Shown: one piece after another, positions 18,490-26,492 of the stretch
Position numbering within the stretch: position 1 is the first letter of the stretch
How the letters are laid out: each line of letters begins with the position of its first letter
Source of the DNA: Candidatus Saccharimonadota bacterium
Lineage (GTDB): Bacteria > Pseudomonadota > Alphaproteobacteria > Rickettsiales > Anaplasmataceae
Assembly: GCF_025021925.1 (NCBI RefSeq)
Contig: NZ_CP092368.1
Span: 210,001-242,000 of the forward strand
Reading direction: 5' to 3'
DNA: 32,000 nucleotides
Program-made: the position numbers and the translations under genes
The notes under the pieces: generated by a model
Seen by the model: the letters and a program-made list of their open reading frames with translations, nothing else
What the model was told of the DNA's origin: nothing
The model's database searches: none

Positions 18490-19584
18490 TTATTTCCTAA
18501 TAAAAAAAACACCATATTCATATGTTGTGACATATATCTTGTCATGAGTAAAGACTGGAGTATGAAAAACATTATCAGGTATTTTAATTACTTGTGGTAT
18601 ATCATATAAATCACACTGAAAGTTTAAGATAACGCCTTTATTGCTAATAAGCCATAGCTGATTCTCATGAAGAAATGGAGCGAATAATTCAGTATCTTGT
18701 ATATAATTGGAATGCCAAATGATTTCTCCATTTTGAATATTTAATCCAAGAAGTCTATTATCTTGAGTCACTATGAAAATTCTTTCTATCTTTTGTTTGA
18801 TGTTTTCAGATAATATATACTCATATTCTTCAATCTCTGATGTATTTTTTACTTTGAGTGATTGTGACCAGATAATACTGCCTGATTCTAGATCTATACC
18901 ATAAATATAAGAATTGTTTGTTGTCACTATAATGCGCTTGCCTAATCTAGGTGTAGTTGTAATATCTGTAAAGATCGTCTCCAAAGACTTAATTGCTAGT
19001 TTTTGACTCCACAATTTTTTACCCTCTTCATTAAAAGTTATTAATTCTCCATTTGAAAATGGCGCAATAATTTTATTTGCATAAATTGCTGGTGATATAG
19101 AATATTCTCTTCGTAAGTGATTTAATCCATTATCATAAGACCAAAGTACGCGTCCATTCTGGACATCCAGGATGTGAAGATAATTATCAATTGTTAAGAT
19201 AGTCAATTTATCATTTATAAATGACATGGCACTACTTACAGGTGCTGTAAGCTCTTGACTCCATATTACTAAACCGTTATTTACGTTTATTGCATGGAGA
19301 ATAGTATCAACTACACAAAATAGTTGTTCTCCATAACAAGCGAGACTAATCTTGCAAATCTTTTTACTATGTGAAAGATTCAATTTCCAATGTAACTGAT
19401 TTTCATCATTAATATCAATAGAGTATAAAGTACCATATTTATCTACTATAATGATACTATGTGTTAAAGCAATTGGTGCAATATCTCCCTGAGAGTCTTT
19501 GTGATCAATGAAAGCAATGCTTATAGATGCAGATGATGCATAATCACTATATAATAGTAATATTAGTATAATAATTAATTTCAT
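18490..19584 (-). CDS. PQQ-like beta-propeller repeat protein, BamB-like, with a signal peptide
   Basis: Repeated ...G.(V/I/L)(L/I)W(S/H)... blades (NGLVIWSQ, NGRVLWSY, GKKLWSQ, SGSIIWSQ, NGEIIWHS). Start placed at ATG 19584, giving MKLIIILILLLYSDYASSAS. No lipobox cysteine is present. Confidence 0.6.
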   Translation of the reverse strand: MKLIIILILLLYSDYASSASISIAFIDHKDSQGDIAPIALTHSIIIVDKYGTLYSIDINDENQLHWKLNLSHSKKICKISLACYGEQLFCVVDTILHAINVNNGLVIWSQELTAPVSSAMSFINDKLTILTIDNYLHILDVQNGRVLWSYDNGLNHLRREYSISPAIYANKIIAPFSNGELITFNEEGKKLWSQKLAIKSLETIFTDITTTPRLGKRIIVTTNNSYIYGIDLESGSIIWSQSLKVKNTSEIEEYEYILSENIKQKIERIFIVTQDNRLLGLNIQNGEIIWHSNYIQDTELFAPFLHENQLWLISNKGVILNFQCDLYDIPQVIKIPDNVFHTPVFTHDKIYVTTYEYGVFFIRK

Positions 19585-19972
19585 ACCTGGGTTCCAATTA
19601 TTAGATACAGTTCTATCGCTATATTGTGATATAATATTCAATATCATAAATAAATTGAGAATGAGTTTATTAGTTTAATATTAATTAAATCTTTATTAAA
19701 TGATGTATATATAACTATTGACAATATATAAACAGTATTATGAATATATTATATGATAATCAGACTCAAATGCATGATAGATAGATTGACTGTTTAAATA
19801 TATGTTCATACTTTAGAATAATACTGATTTTCATAATCTTATACTATCAGTCATCCTGTTTTACAGATCTTGATCAATATTATAATTGAAGGTGAAAAAG
19901 AAATTATGATGCAATCATATTAAGTAGTAACATGATATCGAGAATATTTTATATTAAAGAGTACAACATCAA

Positions 19973-21358
19973 GTGAATCAATACGATATTATCATCTTAG
20001 GTAGTGGGCCTGGTGGATATATAGCAGCTATTAGATCGGCTCAACTTGGATTTAAGACTGCAATTATTGAACAAGAAAATAACTTAGGAGGTATATGTTT
20101 AAATTGGGGATGCATACCAACAAAATCTCTACTCAGAACATCTGAAATTTATAGATTAATAAAAAGATCTAGTGAATTTGGTATACATATTGAAAATGTG
20201 AATTTTGATATACAGTCAATCATTACGAATTCAAGAAATGTGGTAGATAAATTATCACAAGGTATAGCATTTTTAATGCATAAGAATAATATTACTGTAT
20301 ATAAAGGTTTTGGGTCAATAACGAATAATCATACCATACAAGTAATAAATACTAATAATACTCAGAATATTATTGCTGAAAGGATTATTTTAGCAACAGG
20401 TGCAAGTATTAGAAATCTTTCTAAAATACAGATAGATGGTCATTTAGTCTGGAATGCACAACATGCGATGTCGTTAAGAAAACTACCAGATTCTCTACTC
20501 ATTATAGGAGCAGGTGCAATTGGAATGGAATTTGCAAGTTTTTATAATGCTTTTGATGTGCAAGTGACAGTTGTAGAAATACAAGATACGATCTTACCAA
20601 CAGTAGATAAAGATATTGCAGTTTTAGCACAGGAAATATTTATACAACAAGGAATCACAATATATACAAATAGTAGTATAAAAAATCTAATTAAGAATAA
20701 AGACTCCATTCAAGTATTATTTAGTAGTGGAGAAATAAGGGTATTTGATAGAGCTCTTGTTGCTGTGGGAGTTCAAGCAAATACAGAACATCTAGGTTTA
20801 GAAAATACAGATATTCAACTAAGTACTTCTGGTTTTATTAAGATAAATGATTACTGTGAAACACATGAACCAAGAATATACGCTATAGGAGATGTCACTG
20901 GACCTCCATATCTCGCACATAAAGCAAGTCATGAAGCTATAATATGTGTTGAAAAGATCGCAGGAAAAAATACTTATACGATGAAAAAAGAATGCATACC
21001 ACATTGTACTTATTCTTATCCACAAATAGCAAGTATAGGATTAACTGAAGAAGAAGCTAGAAAAAAAGGTTTTGATATTAAAGTAGGTAAGTATTTTTCT
21101 TACTTGCATGGTAAGTCTATTGCTTTAAATGAAACTGATGGATTAAGTAAGACTATCATAGATAAAAATACAGGTGAGTTATTAGGAGCTCATATGATCG
21201 GGGTAGAAGTAACAGAATTAATTAGTAATCTTGCACTGATAAAACAACTAGAAGGTACAGATTATGAAATAAAATCTACAATCTTTCCACATCCTACTAT
21301 TGCAGAGATGATCAAAGAATCAGTACTTATGGCAAATAATGAATCTATAAATAGTTGA
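19973..21358 (+). CDS. lpdA: Dihydrolipoyl dehydrogenase (E3), paralog 2
   Basis: 461 aa. YDIIILGSGPGGY, redox disulfide GGICLNWGCIPTK and C-terminal FPHPTIAEM. GTG start. Confidence 0.9.
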   Translation: MNQYDIIILGSGPGGYIAAIRSAQLGFKTAIIEQENNLGGICLNWGCIPTKSLLRTSEIYRLIKRSSEFGIHIENVNFDIQSIITNSRNVVDKLSQGIAFLMHKNNITVYKGFGSITNNHTIQVINTNNTQNIIAERIILATGASIRNLSKIQIDGHLVWNAQHAMSLRKLPDSLLIIGAGAIGMEFASFYNAFDVQVTVVEIQDTILPTVDKDIAVLAQEIFIQQGITIYTNSSIKNLIKNKDSIQVLFSSGEIRVFDRALVAVGVQANTEHLGLENTDIQLSTSGFIKINDYCETHEPRIYAIGDVTGPPYLAHKASHEAIICVEKIAGKNTYTMKKECIPHCTYSYPQIASIGLTEEEARKKGFDIKVGKYFSYLHGKSIALNETDGLSKTIIDKNTGELLGAHMIGVEVTELISNLALIKQLEGTDYEIKSTIFPHPTIAEMIKESVLMANNESINS

Positions 21359-21507
21359 ATAAATAGTATGAATATATATAAAGAAGTTAATATAATATTT
21401 ATATCTCATATAGAATATCAAAATTACTGATAGATATAATATAATGTATGTGATATTGATATTACCTTTTATAGCAATCATGTATTATAGAAGGATCACC
21501 ATTTTTG

Positions 21508-22467
21508 CTAATGAGATATGTTAATAGCATTTATTTTAGATATATTCTGATTATGTAATTGTACTTTTTGTTCAAAACAATCCCATAATACTTTTTCGAG
21601 TGCAATATTATATAATTTATTAAAATGTACTATGCCTGTTGGAGAAGTGGTATTAATTTCCAATAAGAAATTATTTATGATATCAATACCAACAAAAAGT
21701 AACCCTCTTTTTTTTAATTCAGGTCCAATTGTACGGCATATTTCTTTATCTATCTCATTTAATTCAGATGGTTCACAACTTGCGTTAAGTCTAATATTTG
21801 TCCTGATCTCCCTACTGACTCTTGGTACTCTTTTTATGACTCCAATTGGATCTCCATCCAATAACAATATCCTCTTATCTGTCTCGATATTTGCACAAAA
21901 TGCTTGTATAATAATAGGGCATGCATATTTTGAAATCATAAGTTCTACAAGTACATTAATATTCTGATCATCTTGTATTCTGATGACATCTCGTCCTCCG
22001 TAATTATATAATGGTTTGATAATAATATCTTGATATAACGAATAAAAATCTTTGATCATGGAAAGATTTTCAGTCACTAGAGTAGGAGGAATGAGTGTAG
22101 GAAACAATGATGTAATAAGTTTTTCAGGAGAATTTCTTATTTCTTTTGGATTATTAATTACTAACGTACTTGTTTTTTCTAAAATATAAGTAGTGGTGAT
22201 ATAACGCATATCTAATGGAGGATTCTGTCTGATAAATATGATATCTATTTCATTTAAATGAATCATTATATCATTTTTAATAGTAAAATGACTATCATAC
22301 AGTATGATGTTTTTAGCCAGAGCAATTGGATTATTTAAAAGTAATCCTATATCTTCTGGATAATATATCACAATATCATGACCTCTATTGTGTGCTTCTT
22401 TAATTAACAAGAATGTAGTATCAGTATCGAACTGTATATTGCGGTCTATTTGAAAAGCAACTTTCAT
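21508..22467 (-). CDS. gshB: Glutathione synthetase
   Basis: 319 aa. Prokaryotic GSH synthetase N-domain (MKVAFQID...DTTFLLIKEA), IRQNPP, and an ATP-grasp C-domain (...IIKPLYNYGGRDV..., ...EINTTSPTG). Confidence 0.87.
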   Translation of the reverse strand: MKVAFQIDRNIQFDTDTTFLLIKEAHNRGHDIVIYYPEDIGLLLNNPIALAKNIILYDSHFTIKNDIMIHLNEIDIIFIRQNPPLDMRYITTTYILEKTSTLVINNPKEIRNSPEKLITSLFPTLIPPTLVTENLSMIKDFYSLYQDIIIKPLYNYGGRDVIRIQDDQNINVLVELMISKYACPIIIQAFCANIETDKRILLLDGDPIGVIKRVPRVSREIRTNIRLNASCEPSELNEIDKEICRTIGPELKKRGLLFVGIDIINNFLLEINTTSPTGIVHFNKLYNIALEKVLWDCFEQKVQLHNQNISKINAINISH

Positions 22468-22989
22468 GTTTATATTCTTAACTTATAATACTCATATATA
22501 TTTTTTTCTTAATATATTCAATTTTACTTGATTATCAGAATAATACTAGTTAATGACTAATTTATATTATATTCTTTTAATATTTCAAAGAGTGTACATG
22601 GAATTATACTACAGATATAATATATTGTACAATGAAAGAAGTAGTTTATATCATACAACTGTTCTATTAGGTGCACAATATAGCATATGATATGATAAAA
22701 TTTAAGTAATATAAATATTATCTGAACTTCCATTTGAATACATATTCAATATTTCAGTACTATCATGATTTTAGACATTTCTATATGAGAAGTATTATAT
22801 TTATGTATTCAGGTGAAGATATGATAATTATGTCATTACTTTAATTTTATTATTTTTATAAATATTTTGAATACATGTACAGATTAGAGTAAAATATTAA
22901 AGAGTAACAAATCTTCTGATAGTATCTATGCTCTATTTGGATTAGATTGCTCTTGTGATGAAATAAGCACTCAAATACTAAAAATTTTT

Positions 22990-23071
22990 GTGGATATGAC
23001 GGAATTGGTATACGTGCCAGGTTTAGGTCCTGGTGAGCTTGCTCGTGAGGGTTCAAGTCCCTCTATCCACA
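22990..23071 (+). tRNA. tRNA-Leu, anticodon UAG (class II, long variable arm)
   Basis: Hand-folded cloverleaf:
- 7-bp acceptor stem GTGGATA/TATCCAC
- 3-bp D stem with a GG-containing loop
- anticodon stem CCAGG/CCTGG with loop TTTAGGT (anticodon TAG, G37)
- 13-nt variable arm with a GAGC/GCTC stem
- T arm GAGGG-TTCAAGT-CCCTC
- discriminator A

CCA is not encoded. Confidence 0.9.
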
Positions 23072-23234
23072 CTTAATGCAATTATATATCTATCTAATAT
23101 ATAATCTCCACATAGCTTTTACTATATCAAGTGTATTTATTTTAAAACTAAATTCTTAAGGATTGTATTTAACATAAAGTCTGATAAAATGTATTTATTA
23201 GAATATCAATTAAAATACTAAGAAATAGATTATT

Positions 23235-24569
23235 ATGTCTAATAATACAGTACAAGTAGATATACCAAATAATATATACATGTATAGAGAGCTTAAAAAA
23301 GAAAAACTCAAGTATGAATATGAAATTACAGTTAGTAGAGAGTATTTACAACAGGCATTAGACATGAGGTTACAAAGAATATCAGAAAGTGCAAAATCAC
23401 CTGGATTTAGATCTGGCAAAATCCCTTATCCATTAATTGTTAAAAATTTTAAAAATGAAGCGTTACAATACGTTACGAATCATGCAATTGAACATTGTGC
23501 GCAAGATTTAGTCAAAAAGTTTAATATTAAATCTCATGTTTATTCTAAAGTAAAGATAATATCTATGCCAGATTTAGATCAAGTAGATAAAAATAAAGGC
23601 CAATGTATATATACATTCTCTTTTGAGAGAGTACCAGATGTACCATCTATTGTACTAGATACGATATGCTTAAAAAACATCAAAATAATTATTGATCAAG
23701 ATGATATAGAAGAATATCTAGAATCTTTAAAATCTAGAGCATCTCATACTACTGCTGTAGAAGATAGATTGTATCAAGCACAAAATGGCGATCAACTTAT
23801 TATAGACTTTGAAGGTAGAATTAGAAATAAACTTTTTAAGGGTGGTAGTAAAAAAAATGTATCTATTACCATTGGTGCTTGTCATTTTATTACTAATTTT
23901 GAAAATCAGTTAATCGGCATGCGACAAGGAGAAACAAAGCGTTTTAAGCTAATATTTCCTGATGATTATACATTAATTGCGCTTGCAGGACAAGAAGCTG
24001 AATTTATTGTGCATGTACATAAGATTTTAGTGATTATAAGAGAGCAAAATCATGATACTCTAATTGAAAGTATGGGATTTAAAGATCATGATGCTCTTAT
24101 ACAACATGCAAAAACACAGATTAACAAGCAATGTCAAAAAATGAGCGAAATAATTATCAAAAAGGAATTATTTGATTACTTAGATTCTCATTATAGTTTT
24201 GATTTACCAATAAATATAGTACAAGATGCAAAAAAAAGAGTGACACAAGAATTACGCTTAGAAGATAATTATCTTCTATCTCAAGAAGCTGAAAAACGAG
24301 TAAAACTTGGAATGTTATTTATGCAATTTAGTGTAGAACATAAAATATTATTAAATCAAAATGATATCTTACAAGTGATTGCTAAACAACATATACATTC
24401 TAATAGCTCTATCGAGAAAGTGCTCAAGTATTTTCAAGATAACAAACAATTTCAAGATCTGGTAAAAGGTCAAGCATTAGAATATAAAGTAACAAACTAT
24501 ATCATAGAACAAGTAAAAAAAAGAGAGCATGTCTACTCTGTAAAAGAATTAAAAAATTTATTAAAGTAA
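23235..24569 (+). CDS. tig: Trigger factor
   Basis: 444 aa. The N-terminal ribosome-binding signature ...PGFRSGKIP... matches the GFRxGxxP motif, there is a central FKBP-like region (...DFEG...), and the gene sits directly upstream of clpP-clpX-lon. The start could be an internal Met. Confidence 0.85.
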   Translation: MSNNTVQVDIPNNIYMYRELKKEKLKYEYEITVSREYLQQALDMRLQRISESAKSPGFRSGKIPYPLIVKNFKNEALQYVTNHAIEHCAQDLVKKFNIKSHVYSKVKIISMPDLDQVDKNKGQCIYTFSFERVPDVPSIVLDTICLKNIKIIIDQDDIEEYLESLKSRASHTTAVEDRLYQAQNGDQLIIDFEGRIRNKLFKGGSKKNVSITIGACHFITNFENQLIGMRQGETKRFKLIFPDDYTLIALAGQEAEFIVHVHKILVIIREQNHDTLIESMGFKDHDALIQHAKTQINKQCQKMSEIIIKKELFDYLDSHYSFDLPINIVQDAKKRVTQELRLEDNYLLSQEAEKRVKLGMLFMQFSVEHKILLNQNDILQVIAKQHIHSNSSIEKVLKYFQDNKQFQDLVKGQALEYKVTNYIIEQVKKREHVYSVKELKNLLK

Positions 24570-24589
24570 TATTGTAATAGGTAAGAATT

Positions 24590-25198
24590 ATGACTCTTAT
24601 TCCAATTGTAATTGAGCAAACTAGTAGAGGTGAACGTGCTTATGATATATACTCAAGACTAGTCAAAGAGAGAATAGTATTTTTAACTGGTCCTGTTGAG
24701 GATCATATGGCTAGTGTGATAATAGCACAACTGTTATTTTTAGAATCAGAAAATCCTGATAAAGAAATTCATATGTATATTAACTCGCCTGGTGGTATTT
24801 TAACATCTGGTTTATCAATTTATGATACAATCCAATATATCAAGCCAGATGTTTCAACGTTATGTATAGGGCAAGCAGCATCTATGGGTTCTTTATTACT
24901 TGCATCTGGTGCAAAAGGCAAACGCTACTCTTTACCTCACTCAAGAATTATGATACATCAACCATCTGGAGGATATTCTGGTCAAGCAACTGATATTGCA
25001 ATACATGCTCATGAAATTCTGAGAGTAAAAAAACAGATCAATTGCATTTATGAACAACATACTGGTCATTCTTTTAAACAAATTGAAAGAATGATGGAAA
25101 GAGATAAATTTATGGATCCTAAAGAAGCGTTAGAAATTGGCTTAATTGATAAAATAATAGCTGATCGTGCAGATATTAAGAATCAAAATAAAGGATAA
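24590..25198 (+). CDS. clpP: ATP-dependent Clp protease proteolytic subunit
   Basis: 202 aa. [10 protein letters not shown], catalytic Ser in GQAASMGS, His in IMIHQPSGG, and Asp in ERDKFM. Confidence 0.96.
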
Positions 25199-25201
25199 CG
25201 C

Positions 25202-26482
25202 ATGAATAAAAATAATACTTTATACTGCTGTTCTTTTTGCAATAAAGTGCAGGATCAGGTAGATAAATTGATTGCTAACTCTTCAGAGAATCTTAAAGTC
25301 TTCATTTGCAATGAATGTATAGAATTATCTTATAGAGCAATCAATCAAAAACAAGGTATATCTTCTAATGCAGATTATGTCTCTCATATAAAACGATTAC
25401 TTAAGAAGCCTGAAGATATAAAAAGTTTTTTAAGCCAGTACATTATAGGCCAAGAACATGCTCAGCAAGTTCTATCTGTAGCTATGTATAATCATTCTCA
25501 AGCTATGTCACAGTTTGATACTATTAGCGATATTGAAATTGAAAAATCAAATATTATGCTGATAGGACCAACAGGTTCCGGTAAAACTTTACTAGCAAAA
25601 ACACTGGCTAAAGTATCAGATGTACCATTCGCCATGGCAGATGCAACAACTTTAACTGAAGCAGGATATGTCGGTGATGATGTAGAAAGTATATTATCTC
25701 GTCTCTTACAATCAGCAAATTATGATGTTACGAAGGCTCAACACGGTATAATCTTTATAGATGAAATAGATAAAATTACACGCAAATCTGAAAGTACTTC
25801 CATTACTCGTGATGTTTCAGGTGAAGGTGTACAACAAGCCTTACTGAAAATTATGGAAGGTACAATTGCTTATGTACCTCCACAAGGAGGTAGAAAACAC
25901 CCACAACAAGAGTTTATTCAAGTGGATACTAGTCATATACTCTTTATTTGTGGAGGAACTTTTGAAGGTCTAGAGAAAATTATTGCTGCAAGAAAAAAGG
26001 GCACATCATTAGGATTCGGAGCAGATATTAGTAATAATTACTTTCAGGGAGGTTATAGTCTGTTACAAGATGTACAACCTGAAGATTTAATGAAATTTGG
26101 ATTAATACCTGAATTTGTAGGGCGTGTGCCTATTACTGCGGTACTTAAGCATTTGGAACATGAAGATTTAATACATATCTTGACGAAGCCAAAAAATGCT
26201 TTAATTAAGCAATATCAATCATTACTTTCATTTAGTAAAGTGAATCTTGAATTTTCAGATGATGCAATCTCTGCTATTGCACAGAAAGCAATAAAATATA
26301 AAACAGGTGCAAGAATGTTACGTGCTATTTTAGAATCACTATTACTTGATATTATGTATATAGCTGGAAATGGTTATTATGAAGGCGCTACTATAGTCAT
26401 CACTAAAAAAATGGTAGAATTAGGACAGGCAAGACTGAATGATAATAATAAAAATATTATAACAGTTAGTAGTGAAATTTGA
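25202..26482 (+). CDS. clpX: ATP-dependent Clp protease ATP-binding subunit ClpX
   Basis: 426 aa. N-terminal Cys4 zinc finger (CSFC...CNEC), Walker A GPTGSGKT, Walker [10 protein letters not shown], and GYVG pore loop. Starts 3 nt after the clpP stop. Confidence 0.96.
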
Positions 26483-26492
26483 GGGATATCTT

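Noticed and set aside
22856-23056. 66-aa minus-strand ORF in the gshB-tRNA spacer
   Set aside because: Its 5' third runs antisense through the tRNA-Leu gene, and the rest is AT-rich spacer. It is an artefact.
22990-23071. DnaA-box-like sequences TGTGGATA (22989-22996) and TATCCACA (23064-23071)
   Set aside because: These are simply the two strands of the tRNA-Leu acceptor stem. There is no cluster of boxes and no AT-rich unwinding-element context, so this is not an origin.
23210-23419. 69-aa minus-strand ORF overlapping the tig start
   Set aside because: It is antisense to the trigger factor N-terminus and gives a hydrophobic, low-complexity translation.
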